Below are positions 19,954 to 29,773 of a DNA stretch of 64,000 nucleotides, piece by piece. The first letter of the stretch is position 1. Each line of letters starts with the position of its first letter. The translations under genes were made by a program, and so were the position numbers. The notes beneath the pieces are model-generated. The model ran no database searches. It saw only the letters and a list, made by a program, of their open reading frames with translations, and was not told the origin of the DNA. Source of the DNA: an uncultured Gemmatimonadales bacterium (GTDB lineage Bacteria; Gemmatimonadota; Gemmatimonadetes; Longimicrobiales; RSA9); contig CAWFKH010000001.1 of the NCBI GenBank assembly GCA_963816355.1, forward strand, positions 416,001-480,000, in the 5' to 3' direction.

Positions 19954-22077
19954 ATGAGACTACGCCGCCTTCTGCCGTTCCTCGCGCCGGTGGTTTGCCT
20001 GTGGGCCGCTCCCGCCGCGCCCCTCGCCGCCCAGCAGATCCCCGGTTACACGCCCGCCGGATCGGCGCGCGAGCGGGCGCTCGAGGCCGACGCCGTGACG
20101 CGGCCGGACACCGCCGACGCGCGCGCCCACTCCGTCGCGCTGAGTAGCGAGACGCACGTGGCGGGGACGCCGGCGCAGGCGCGCACGCGGGACTACGTGA
20201 TCGCCCGGATGAAGTCCTGGGGCCTGCCCACGGAGGTTCGCACCTACCGCGTCTACCTGCCGCACGCGACGGAGGTGCACGTCTGGCGTGTGCGTCCGGA
20301 GCCGGAGGAGCTGACGCTCGACGAGCCGGCGGTGCCCGGTGACGCGATCAGCGCCGTCGCCCATTACCCGACGGTGAACGGGAGCAGCGCGGCCGGCGAC
20401 GTGAGCGCGCCGGTGGTCTACGTGAACTACGGCCTCGTCGAGGACTACGCGACGCTGGACTCGCTGGGGGTCTCGGTGCGCGGCAAGGTTGCGGTGGCGC
20501 GCTACGGCCGCTCGTTCCGCGGCATCAAGGCGCGCGAGGCGGAGAAGCACGGCGCCGTGGCGCTGCTGATCTACAGCGATCCGGCCGACGACGGCTACGT
20601 GCGCGGCGACGTCTATCCGGAGGGCCCGATGCGGCCGTCCTTCAGCGTGCAGCGCGGGAGCATCCTGAACGTGAACGGGGACCCGAGCACGCCCGGCTAC
20701 CCGAGCACGCAGGGCGCGCAGCGGATCGATCCGGACTCGCTCATGCCCAAGATCCCGGTCGTGCCGATCTCCTACGGCAACGCGACGAAGCTGCTCGAGG
20801 GTCTGGGCGGCACGGAGATCCCGCAGCCGTGGCAGGGCGGCCTGCCGTTCCGCTACCACGTGGGGCCGGGGCCGGTCGAAGCGCGTGTGCAGGTGAAGAC
20901 CGACGCGGCGACGCGCCCGTACAAGGAGATCTGGGACACGTTCGGCGTGGTGCGCGGCAGCGAGCTGCCGGACGAAGTCGTCGTGATCGGCGGCCACCGC
21001 GACGCGTGGGGTCCCGGGACGGACGACAACGTGAGCGGCTCGGTCAGCGTGATGGAGATCGCGCGATCGGTGGCGGAGCAGGTGAAGGCGGGCAAACGAC
21101 CGAAGCGGACGCTCGTCTTCGCGACGTGGGACGCGGAGGAGTGGGGGCTCGTCGGCTCCGTCGAGTACGTGGAGGACGACTCGCTGCGCCTGAAGAAGGG
21201 CGGCGTCGCGTACCTGAACCAGGACATGATCGCGTCCGGCCCCCGCTTCAATGCCGGCGGCTCGCCCTCGCTGCGGGCCGTGCTGCGATCGGCGGCCGAG
21301 GAGGTGCCCGCACCGGACACGACCGGCAGCCTGTGGGATGCGTGGCGCGCGCAGGCGGGCGTCGCCGCGGGCGAGACGCCGCAGATGGGCGACCCGGGCG
21401 GCGGCTCCGACTACGCCGGCTTCTACAACCATCTGGGGATCCCGATCCTGGAGTGGGGCTTCGGCGGGGCGCAGGGGATCTACCACTCCGCGTACGACGA
21501 CCCGGCGTGGATGCAGCGCTTCGGCGACCCGGGGTATCGGAACCACGTCGCCGCAGCCCGGCTGGGCGCGGCCATGGCGCTCCGGCTCGCGAACGCCAAT
21601 GTGCTGCCGTACGACTACGTCGAGTACGCGACGACGATGCGCGGCTACCTGCCCGCCATCGACAGCGCCTTCGCCGCGCGCGGCTGGTCGATCGGGACGA
21701 AGGCTCTGGCGGCCGCGATCGATCGCATGCGGGAGCAGGCGCGGACGTTCACGGCGGCGCGGGATTCGGCGTTGGCGGCGGCGGCGCCGGCGGCGAGCGT
21801 GTTGAAGCGGACGAACGCCGCGCTGCTTCGCGTGGAGCGCGCGCTGACGCGGCCGGAGGGGCTCGTCGGCCGCTCGTGGTACCGCAACCTCATCTACGTC
21901 GCGGACGAGGACAACGGCTACGCGAACATGGTGTTCCCGTCGGTGAACGAGGCGCTGCGCGCGGGCGACCCGGCGCGCGCAGGGCGCGAGCTGACCGATC
22001 TGGCGGAGCGCTTCGACGAGGCGACGGCGGCGCTGCGGGACGCCGAGTTCGCGCTGCGGGGGCGACGCGGCGGGTGA
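19954..22077 (+). CDS. M28 peptidase, glutamate carboxypeptidase II/transferrin-receptor-like (PA + TfR dimerisation domains)
   Basis: Signal peptide; HRDAW, DDNVSG, WDAEE, YLNQD, GSDY, YHSAYD. Confidence 0.9.
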   Translation: MRLRRLLPFLAPVVCLWAAPAAPLAAQQIPGYTPAGSARERALEADAVTRPDTADARAHSVALSSETHVAGTPAQARTRDYVIARMKSWGLPTEVRTYRVYLPHATEVHVWRVRPEPEELTLDEPAVPGDAISAVAHYPTVNGSSAAGDVSAPVVYVNYGLVEDYATLDSLGVSVRGKVAVARYGRSFRGIKAREAEKHGAVALLIYSDPADDGYVRGDVYPEGPMRPSFSVQRGSILNVNGDPSTPGYPSTQGAQRIDPDSLMPKIPVVPISYGNATKLLEGLGGTEIPQPWQGGLPFRYHVGPGPVEARVQVKTDAATRPYKEIWDTFGVVRGSELPDEVVVIGGHRDAWGPGTDDNVSGSVSVMEIARSVAEQVKAGKRPKRTLVFATWDAEEWGLVGSVEYVEDDSLRLKKGGVAYLNQDMIASGPRFNAGGSPSLRAVLRSAAEEVPAPDTTGSLWDAWRAQAGVAAGETPQMGDPGGGSDYAGFYNHLGIPILEWGFGGAQGIYHSAYDDPAWMQRFGDPGYRNHVAAARLGAAMALRLANANVLPYDYVEYATTMRGYLPAIDSAFAARGWSIGTKALAAAIDRMREQARTFTAARDSALAAAAPAASVLKRTNAALLRVERALTRPEGLVGRSWYRNLIYVADEDNGYANMVFPSVNEALRAGDPARAGRELTDLAERFDEATAALRDAEFALRGRRGG

Positions 22078-22105
22078 GAGGCGGACAACGGGCGCGCCGG
22101 ATCGG

Positions 22106-25100
22106 TCAATGGCGCTTCGGTCGGCGCCGATCGTCGGATCGGGACCGCTCGCGGAGCGCCGGCGAACGGCCGCGGTAGTAGGGCGCCGGTGGCCGCGCCT
22201 CCCCATGGGCTCCGTCCCTGAAGCGAAGCAGCAGACGCAACGCCGCGGACGCGACGAGCCGCGCACCGGACCGTTCGGCGTCGGTTCGGATTCTCGTCGC
22301 CATCGATCTCGACCAGTCTCCTTCCTCATGCTTCAGAAGGCGCGCCTTCTCGAGCAACAGGCGCTGCAGCGACAGAATGTTCCTCCTGCCCTCCCTCAGG
22401 ATCACCCCGTTCACCGTTGCGACCGCGTCTTCCAGACGGCCCTCCGATTCCGCCACGCTGCACACCAGCGGGACGATGTAGGCCGCGTCGCCGAGCCCTT
22501 GCCCGACCGCGTCCATCGCCTCGAGCTGTTCGCAGTGATGGCGGAGCAGTCGATCGTCCTTCCGCGCGCGTGCGATCAATCCGGCTACGCCGTGCGCCAT
22601 CGCCGTGAACATCCTGTCGTCGTTCGCATGACGCGACAGGGTCGCGTTGCAGATCGCCAGGGCCCTCTCGTGCTCTCCCGCCTCATAGCAGGAAACGGCC
22701 AGATTCATGTTCATGAAGGCGGCCGTGATGGTATGGTGGGGGCCGATCGTCTCCAACCCTTCCCCCAGGCACCGGAGGGACAGGGCATGATCACCCGATT
22801 CGCTGGCCGCCACGCCCAGGTCGTTGAGGATGTACGGCGTCCAGATGCTGCCCCCGATATCCTGGGCAAGGGTGAGCGCCTCGGAGAAGGCGGCCATGGC
22901 CCCATCCACGAAGCCGTTGTGCAACAATGCTGCAGCGTGTATGCGCAACGTTGCGGTGAGAAGGCTCGCGTCGGGCAATTCGCGGCACTCATGGACCACG
23001 GCTTTCGAAAGCGCGAGCGCCTTGCGCCGATTCTCCGCCAGTAGCGTCGCGGCTTCGAGTCGCCGTGCTTCGATGTCCAGACGCCGATCGGTCGGCAGTC
23101 CTCTGATGTTGGCGAGGCGCTGCCCGATCGATCGCAGGATCGACTTGCGTCCGGCCCTCTGCTCGAGCGTCGCGAGGGCGCGCAGGGCTCGGATCTCCGC
23201 TTCGACATTGGGCGCCTCCCCGCCGAGGGAGCCGAGGAAAGCGCGCAGTCTCTCGGACAGATTGTCCTCGCCCGCGCTCTCCGCCAGTAGCTCGAGCCGA
23301 TGCGCCTTGATGATCTGCCGCGGGCGGCCCTCGGCAGCCGTGTCTTCGATCTCCCGCAGGATCTCGTCGGCTTCGCTGTGCCGGTCGAGATCGTGTAGCA
23401 GGTTCGCCAGCCGAAGCTGCACGTCGAGCTCGGCGTCCTGATCCGGGGCGGTCCGGGCGGCGAGCTCCAGGTAGCGAGCCGAGTCGCCGTATCCGCCGTC
23501 CCGCTCGGCGCCGCTCGCCGCGTGCAGCGCGTGCTGAAACGCGAGGTGGGACGCTCCCGCTTCCGCGAAGCACTCGGCCGCGCGTTTCGAATCCGGGGGC
23601 GTGCGGAGCGCCGCGATGAACGCAGCCCTGTAATGCGTCGCCCGTCTATCGGCCGCGGTCATGGAAGCGAGCAGGTGGTCTCGAACGATGGGCTGGGTCA
23701 CCTGGAACACGCTGCCCGCGGCGACGACCAGGTCCTCCGAGATGGCGGCCGAGAGAACCGACGCGAGCGGGCGCAGCGGCTGTCCCAGGAGCAGCTCCGT
23801 CCGGGTCGCGCGACCCAGAACGGCGAGCAGTCGCAACTGGTCCCGGTCTTCCGGAGGGATCTTCAGCATGCGGCGCGCGATCGCCGCATTGAAGCTCGGC
23901 GCGCCCACCCCCTCGCGCTCGTGCGCGATCGCCTCCGATATGAGGTGGGGGTGCCCATGGCACCAGCGCGCAGCCCGGGCAACGGCTTCGCTGGCGTTCA
24001 CCGCGCCGAGCAATTCGCGGACTGCGTCCTCCGCAAGGCCCTGTAGCTGAAGCCTCTCGGTATCGGGTGCGAATACGATTCGCTGCGTCAGAGGTGTCCT
24101 GGGGGGAGAGCTGCACGAAAGGACCAGCAACAGCTGCGCCTCCCGCCGCCGCGACGCGATGGATTCCATGCAGGCCGCGGAAGCCGCATCGACGCGGTCG
24201 AAGTCGTCGAGCAACAGGACGGTCGGGCTGTCCGCCGCCACACACGCGAAGTACCGCCACACCGCTTCGGTGGCCAGCTCTCCATCGTGAACGCCATAGC
24301 GGCCATCCGCATCGCGCGCCGCCGCGTCCTCCCTGATGTCCGGCAGCAACCGCGAGAGCTCGTACCTCCAGAGCGGAGCGAGCTTCGGGAGGTCGTAAGC
24401 GGCCAACCCGGAGCGGATGAGGTCGATCGCCGCTCCGAACGGCCGCGCCGCGTCGGCGTAGACGCAGCTCGTGCTGAAGACCCTCGCCCCGCGGAGCGTC
24501 GCGTGGCGGATGAACCGCTGGCAGAGTCGGCTCTTGCCGATGCCTCGTTCTCCCGTCACTGCGACCACCACGCCGGCGCCGGCGGCGGAAACGCTCCCGA
24601 GGAGCTCCAGGAGATGGGCCTGTTCGGAAACGCGGCCGACGAAGGGTAGGGCTTGCCGCTTCGGCGACGTCGCGGGGCCGCCGCCCGCGCCTGAATCCAG
24701 CCAACGTCCCACTTCCTCGAGCGGGTTGCGCTGTTGAACGCTCAGGCCGAGTCCGTCCGCTGCCCTGAGCGCGCTCTCCAGCTTCTCCCGGCCGAGGGCG
24801 CGGTAGCCGGTCATGCACAGGCAGCGGACGTGCAACGCCGCCGCATCGGCATCGAACCGTCTCTCCAGCAGCCAACTGCTGATCGAGGCGGCTTCATCCC
24901 AGTTCTCCAGCTCTTCGCTCTTCTTCGCGCGTTCCATGAGAAGGAGGAACACGTCCATCCAGATCCGCTCGCGCCTCTCGCAAATCCATGACTCGAACCG
25001 CTCGGACCATGGCGCCGCGTAATCGAACATGAACTGGCCATGGAACGACGACATGACGCCCGCATGACTGCCACTTCTGATGTGTCCATAGAGCTTGTCG

Positions 25101-25396
25101 ACATCGGACGTGACCAGCCCGCTCGCAATGGAAAGGGTACCGGCTCTCGGAGCCTCGATGACGTTCCCGGTCGTCGCCTTCCTGATCCTGTACACGGCCT
25201 CGTTCAGCGAATGCAGGGCACGGCTCATCGTGCTCGCGGACGGCCATAGCAGCTCGGCCACGCGATTGCGCGAGGCGCCATGCGGCCCGGAAAAGGAGAG
25301 GTAGTAGAGGAGGGCCTCCGCCTTCCTGCTGCTCAGATCCAGTCGGGCCTGCTTCCAGCGGATCTCCGGCGTCCCGAGCCCACACGTCGTCAGCAT
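22106..25396 (-). CDS. SARP/AfsR-like regulator: wHTH + BTAD, STAND/AAA ATPase, TPR repeats
   Basis: KAEALLYYL..SRNRVAELLWP, FVGR, Walker A GERGIGKS, LLLDD, GHP, C-terminal TPR-like helices; atypical codon usage. Confidence 0.8.
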   Translation of the reverse strand: MLTTCGLGTPEIRWKQARLDLSSRKAEALLYYLSFSGPHGASRNRVAELLWPSASTMSRALHSLNEAVYRIRKATTGNVIEAPRAGTLSIASGLVTSDVDKLYGHIRSGSHAGVMSSFHGQFMFDYAAPWSERFESWICERRERIWMDVFLLLMERAKKSEELENWDEAASISSWLLERRFDADAAALHVRCLCMTGYRALGREKLESALRAADGLGLSVQQRNPLEEVGRWLDSGAGGGPATSPKRQALPFVGRVSEQAHLLELLGSVSAAGAGVVVAVTGERGIGKSRLCQRFIRHATLRGARVFSTSCVYADAARPFGAAIDLIRSGLAAYDLPKLAPLWRYELSRLLPDIREDAAARDADGRYGVHDGELATEAVWRYFACVAADSPTVLLLDDFDRVDAASAACMESIASRRREAQLLLVLSCSSPPRTPLTQRIVFAPDTERLQLQGLAEDAVRELLGAVNASEAVARAARWCHGHPHLISEAIAHEREGVGAPSFNAAIARRMLKIPPEDRDQLRLLAVLGRATRTELLLGQPLRPLASVLSAAISEDLVVAAGSVFQVTQPIVRDHLLASMTAADRRATHYRAAFIAALRTPPDSKRAAECFAEAGASHLAFQHALHAASGAERDGGYGDSARYLELAARTAPDQDAELDVQLRLANLLHDLDRHSEADEILREIEDTAAEGRPRQIIKAHRLELLAESAGEDNLSERLRAFLGSLGGEAPNVEAEIRALRALATLEQRAGRKSILRSIGQRLANIRGLPTDRRLDIEARRLEAATLLAENRRKALALSKAVVHECRELPDASLLTATLRIHAAALLHNGFVDGAMAAFSEALTLAQDIGGSIWTPYILNDLGVAASESGDHALSLRCLGEGLETIGPHHTITAAFMNMNLAVSCYEAGEHERALAICNATLSRHANDDRMFTAMAHGVAGLIARARKDDRLLRHHCEQLEAMDAVGQGLGDAAYIVPLVCSVAESEGRLEDAVATVNGVILREGRRNILSLQRLLLEKARLLKHEEGDWSRSMATRIRTDAERSGARLVASAALRLLLRFRDGAHGEARPPAPYYRGRSPALRERSRSDDRRRPKRH

Positions 25397-25484
25397 GTGT
25401 AACTCCGTGTCTCAGTGCAGTTTGACCGCGCTTTGATACGCTCGACGCAAGTTGCCGGGGTCCTCGAGACCGGGAGGCCCCGTG

Positions 25485-26264
25485 ATGCGAAGCGGTAGTT
25501 CAGCGTTGGTGCTGGCGTCGGCGCCCTATACGGAGCTGCGCCCCATCGCGCCGGAAGCGTGTCGTGAGCTGAAGCCGGGCGATGCCCTCTTCTGGGACAT
25601 CGGCCGGACGGTCGATCCGGAGCGGCACCTCGAGGTACTGCACCGGCGTGCGTACGGCTCGGCGCTGTTCGCGATCCTGCCGCCGGCAGACCAGCTTCCC
25701 CGGGTCCTGTGGGCGCTGCGCGAGGTGCCGTCGCTGTACCCGACCGGCATGCTGCCGCAGGTCGACGTCGACGCCGTCACGGCCACGGAGCTGCTGCGGA
25801 CTCCTCCCTTCGACTATGTCGGCAGCTTCCTCCACTACATCCACCGACGCGGAATCGTGGGAGATCCACAGAGACGGATTCGTCAGGTAGTTGCCGCGTC
25901 CACGGTCGCCCGTACGGTGTCCCGACTGTCGCACCGTCTCCACATCTCACGCCGGACTCTGGGGCGCGAATTCAAGGCATGGGGACTTCCGGCCCCGTCT
26001 CACTGGCTGCAGTTCGCCCGGATCTTCCGCTCCTGCCTGAGGATTCAGTCCGATCGCTGCACCGTCGCGCGCGCCGCGGCGGCAGAGGGTTATCCGGACG
26101 CGTTCACTCTCAGCAACCAGATGAAGCGGCTGCTCGACATCCGTCCGTCCGAGCTCAAGGTGCGATTCGGCTGGGAGTGGGTGATCGAGGCGTGGCTGAC
26201 GACGGAATTGAGGAAGAAGGCGTTCGATCTGGATCGCTACCCCGCGCTCGACCGGGATGAGTAG
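25485..26264 (+). CDS. AraC-family HTH regulator
   Basis: ISRRTLGREF..GLPAPSHWLQFAR..VARAA...GYPDAFTLSNQMKRLLDIRPS; start uncertain. Confidence 0.75.
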   Translation: MRSGSSALVLASAPYTELRPIAPEACRELKPGDALFWDIGRTVDPERHLEVLHRRAYGSALFAILPPADQLPRVLWALREVPSLYPTGMLPQVDVDAVTATELLRTPPFDYVGSFLHYIHRRGIVGDPQRRIRQVVAASTVARTVSRLSHRLHISRRTLGREFKAWGLPAPSHWLQFARIFRSCLRIQSDRCTVARAAAAEGYPDAFTLSNQMKRLLDIRPSELKVRFGWEWVIEAWLTTELRKKAFDLDRYPALDRDE

Positions 26265-26478
26265 AGTAATGGTACGTCCGGCGGCGCGCGACCGGAATAG
26301 CAAGTCGGGCCACGCGGGGACTGGCGCGGCCTCTCGTGGTGCCGCCGACGGGACCGGAGGCGGATGCGCGTCGGCCGTCGTGAAACCGCGCGCCTCCGGG
26401 CACCGTAGGGCCTCGATGTCCGCTTTGCCGCGGCGGGAGGGTCGTGCCCGCCGCCATCGCCCTGATCGGAGGACGTCC

Positions 26479-27591
26479 ATGCGCCCGCCGCTCCGCCTCG
26501 CCGCGTCCGCCTGCATTGCGCACCGCGGCCGCTCGCCGCTCCTCGTCGGCGCCCGCCTGTGGTCCGGCGCCCCGCTCCTCGCGCTCTCCCTGCTCCTCCT
26601 GCCGCGCGGCGTGCGCGCGCAGGAGGGGGAGCGCTACACGCTGAGCGGCGCCGAGGCCGTCGTCTACGACGTCGCGGGCCGCGTCGAGGTGGGGCGCGCG
26701 AGCGGCTCCGACGTGGAGGTCTGGGTGCGGCGCGGGGGCGACGACGCCGCCCGACTGCGCGTCGAGTCCGGCACGATCGCCGGGCGGCAGACGCTGCGCG
26801 TCGTCTCCCCCGGCGACGAGGTGCACTACGACCGCGGCGGCCACGGCGGCAACACGACGATCCGCGTGCGAGAGGACGGCACGTTCGGCAAGGGCGGCCG
26901 GCGCGTCCGCATCCGCAGCCGCGGCCGCGGCCTGGACGCGTGGGCGGACGTGCGCGTGCTGGTGCCCGCTGGCAAGCGCGTGGCGGTCTTCCTCGGCGCC
27001 GGCGAGGCGACGGCGCGCGACGTCGAGGGCGACCTGCTGCTGAACGTGGCGGCGGCGCCGGTCACGGCGGAGCGCATCCGCGGCGCGCTGCTCATCGACA
27101 CCGGGTCCGGCTCCGTGCACGTGAGCGATCTGGACGGCGCGCTCAGCGTGGACACCGGCTCCGGCAGCGTCGAAGTGACGGGAGCGAGAGGGAAGTCGCT
27201 GAAGGTGGACACCGGTTCCGGCGGCATCCGCGCCACGGACCTGACGTTCGAGGCCCTGGACCTGGACACCGGTTCCGGCTCGATCCACGCCCTCAACGTC
27301 TCCGCGCCGAAGCTCAAGCTCGACACCGGCAGCGGCGGGATCGAACTCGACCTCGCGGGCGACGTCGAGGACGCCGTGGTGTCGACCGGCTCCGGCAGCG
27401 TCCGCCTGAGCATCCCGCAATCGCTCGGCGCGCGGTTGGACGTGGACACCGGCAGCGGCGGCATCAGCGTCGACGTCCCCTTCCAGCTCACCAGCAAGGA
27501 CCACGGCGAACTGCACGGCACGCTCGGCGACGGCCGTGGCCACATCAGCATCGAGACCGGGTCCGGTTCGGTGCGGATCGGCCGGCACTGA
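26479..27591 (+). CDS. DUF4097-type beta-strand repeat (putative adhesin) protein
   Basis: SD GGAGGA; eight (D/S/E)TGSG repeats; signal-like segment ending VRA-Q. Confidence 0.8.
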   Translation: MRPPLRLAASACIAHRGRSPLLVGARLWSGAPLLALSLLLLPRGVRAQEGERYTLSGAEAVVYDVAGRVEVGRASGSDVEVWVRRGGDDAARLRVESGTIAGRQTLRVVSPGDEVHYDRGGHGGNTTIRVREDGTFGKGGRRVRIRSRGRGLDAWADVRVLVPAGKRVAVFLGAGEATARDVEGDLLLNVAAAPVTAERIRGALLIDTGSGSVHVSDLDGALSVDTGSGSVEVTGARGKSLKVDTGSGGIRATDLTFEALDLDTGSGSIHALNVSAPKLKLDTGSGGIELDLAGDVEDAVVSTGSGSVRLSIPQSLGARLDVDTGSGGISVDVPFQLTSKDHGELHGTLGDGRGHISIETGSGSVRIGRH

Positions 27592-27644
27592 GGGGAGGCC
27601 CCGGCGCCGCAGCGCCCGCGCGGGGCCGCGCCCGCCCCCCTGCC

Positions 27645-27674
27645 TTGCCCACCCTTCGCGCCGCCGCCTATCTT
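27645..27674 (+). promoter_or_regulatory. Putative sigma70 promoter
   Basis: TTGCCC, 18 nt, TATCTT, about 30 nt upstream of the M50 start. Confidence 0.4.
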
Positions 27675-27705
27675 TCGTCCCCCTTACCTCGCGAGCACGG
27701 GAGTC

Positions 27706-28833
27706 GTGGCCAGCTCCGCATTCCGCATCGGTTCGATCCTCGGATTCGAGATCCGGGTCGACTACTCCTGGTTCGTCATCTTCTTCCTGATCCTGTGGAC
27801 GTTGACGGCAGGCGTCTTCCCGTTCACGGTGCCGGGCCTGTCGCGCGGCGCCTACCTGGTGATGGGGCTGACCGGGGCGCTGCTCTTCTTCCTGTCGCTG
27901 CTCGGCCACGAGGTGTCGCACTCGATCGTGGCGCGCATGAAGGGGATCGAGGTGGCGGGGATCACGCTCTTCATCTTCGGCGGCATGGCGCACACGAAGG
28001 CGGAGGCGACGACGCCGGGCGACGAGTTCCAGATCGCGTTCGTCGGCCCGCTGAGCAGCCTGCTGATCGCGGGGCTCTTCGCGGCCGTCGTGTGGGTCGG
28101 CAGGCCGGCGGGGTGGAGCCCGGCGGTGCTGTCGGTGGCGCGCTACCTGGCGGAGTGGAACGTGCTGCTGGCGGTCTTCAACCTCCTGCCGGGATTCCCG
28201 CTGGACGGCGGCCGCGTCTTCCGCTCGATCGTGTGGAAGGCGACGGGGAGTCTCGAGCGCGCGACGCGCTGGGCCAGTACCGGCGGACAGCTCATCGGCT
28301 TCGGCCTGATCGGCTACGGCATCCTGACGGGGCTGCGCCACGGCCTGCTGAGCGGCCTCTGGCTCGTCTTCATCGGCTGGTTCCTGCGCAACGCGGCGGT
28401 GTCGAGCGGCCGCCAGAGCGCGGTGATGAACGTGCTGAGCGGCGGCCGCGCGGCGGACGCGATGACGTCCGACCCCGAAACGGTGCCGCCGGGGATCACG
28501 CTCGACCGCCTTGCCGAAGACCACTTCCTGCACCGCCACTTCAGCGCGTACCCGGTGGTGGAGGCGGGCGAGCCGGTGGGCGTCGTCACGATCGCGCAGC
28601 TCAAGGCGGTGCCGCGCGCGGAGTGGCCGGTGCGCACCGCGGGCTCCGTGATGGCGCCGCTGTCGGGGCTGATGGTCGTCGCGCCGGACGCCTCGATGCA
28701 GTCCGTGCTGGAGGCGATCCAGAGCTCGCCGGCGCAGCGCGCGCTCGTGATGGACGACGGCCACCTCGCCGGCATCGTCGCGCCGAGCGACCTCGCCGCG
28801 TGGGTGCAGCGCGTGCGCGAGCTGCGCGGCTGA
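27706..28833 (+). CDS. Site-2 protease (M50) with tandem CBS domains
   Basis: HEVSH, NLLPGFPLDGG, multiple TMs, CBS pair. Confidence 0.9.
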   Translation: MASSAFRIGSILGFEIRVDYSWFVIFFLILWTLTAGVFPFTVPGLSRGAYLVMGLTGALLFFLSLLGHEVSHSIVARMKGIEVAGITLFIFGGMAHTKAEATTPGDEFQIAFVGPLSSLLIAGLFAAVVWVGRPAGWSPAVLSVARYLAEWNVLLAVFNLLPGFPLDGGRVFRSIVWKATGSLERATRWASTGGQLIGFGLIGYGILTGLRHGLLSGLWLVFIGWFLRNAAVSSGRQSAVMNVLSGGRAADAMTSDPETVPPGITLDRLAEDHFLHRHFSAYPVVEAGEPVGVVTIAQLKAVPRAEWPVRTAGSVMAPLSGLMVVAPDASMQSVLEAIQSSPAQRALVMDDGHLAGIVAPSDLAAWVQRVRELRG

Positions 28834-28843
28834 GGCGCGGCGC

Positions 28844-29713
28844 GTGAGCGACGGGCGCCGCCCCTCCGGCCGTTTCGTCATCCCGGCCGACCGGCTGCCG
28901 CCCGGCTTCGCGCGCTCCGTCGACGAGCCGCCCGCGGAGCCGGTCGCGCCGCGGCCCGCCGCGACGGCCGTGCTCGCGCGCGACGCGGAGCGCGGCCCGG
29001 AAGTGCTCCTGCTGCGTCGCCACCGCTCGAGCGGCTTCGTGCCGGGCGCGTGGGTCTTCCCCGGTGGCCGTGTCGACGACGCCGACGCCGACGCCGCGCT
29101 CGTCGCGCGCGCGGACGGCCTCGACGCCACGCCGGCGGCGGCGTTCTGGTTCGCGGCGGCGCGCGAGATCTTCGAGGAGACCGGCGTCCTGCTGGCGCGC
29201 GGCGCGGCCGGCGGCTGGCTGGACGGCGGCGGATCCCGCGCGCGCGAGTGGCGCGCGCGGCTGCTCGACGAGGGCGCGACGCTGCTGGAGATGCTCACGG
29301 CGCTGGACGCCCGGCTCGACCTGCGCCGCGTGGTGCCGTTCGCGCACTGGATCACGCCGGTGGTCGAGCCCCGCCGCTACGACACCCACTTCTTCCTCGC
29401 CGAGCTGCCGCCCGGCAGCGACGTCGAAGCGGACGAGCGGGAGATGACCGGCGCGCTGTGGATCCGACCGGCGGAGGCGCTCGAGCGCTTCGCGGCCTCC
29501 ACCCTGCCGATGGTGTTCCCTACCGTGCACACGCTCCAGGAGCTGGCGGCGTTCGACGCGGTGGCGGCGGCGCTGGACGCGCACCGCGGCCGCGTCGTGC
29601 GCCCGATCCTGCCGCGGCTCGTGCGGCGCGAGGGCGGCGTCGCGATCGAGATCGGTGGCGACGCGGCGGCCGACAGCGGCGGCGACGGAACGCCGGAGCC
29701 GGGCGGCCGGTAG
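28844..29713 (+). CDS. NUDIX hydrolase
   Basis: PRPAAT, VFPGG, AAAREIFEETG, HWITP..RRYDTHFF. Confidence 0.85.
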   Translation: MSDGRRPSGRFVIPADRLPPGFARSVDEPPAEPVAPRPAATAVLARDAERGPEVLLLRRHRSSGFVPGAWVFPGGRVDDADADAALVARADGLDATPAAAFWFAAAREIFEETGVLLARGAAGGWLDGGGSRAREWRARLLDEGATLLEMLTALDARLDLRRVVPFAHWITPVVEPRRYDTHFFLAELPPGSDVEADEREMTGALWIRPAEALERFAASTLPMVFPTVHTLQELAAFDAVAAALDAHRGRVVRPILPRLVRREGGVAIEIGGDAAADSGGDGTPEPGGR

Positions 29714-29773
29714 GACTGAGCGTGGCGGCGCGCCGCCACGTCCGAAGGAACCCTCCTCGAACGCGACGAGTGC

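Noticed and set aside
27090..27575. Regularly spaced GACACCGGxTCCGG repeats resembling a CRISPR array
   Set aside because: In-frame coding repeats (DTGSG) with synonymous variation; no cas genes.
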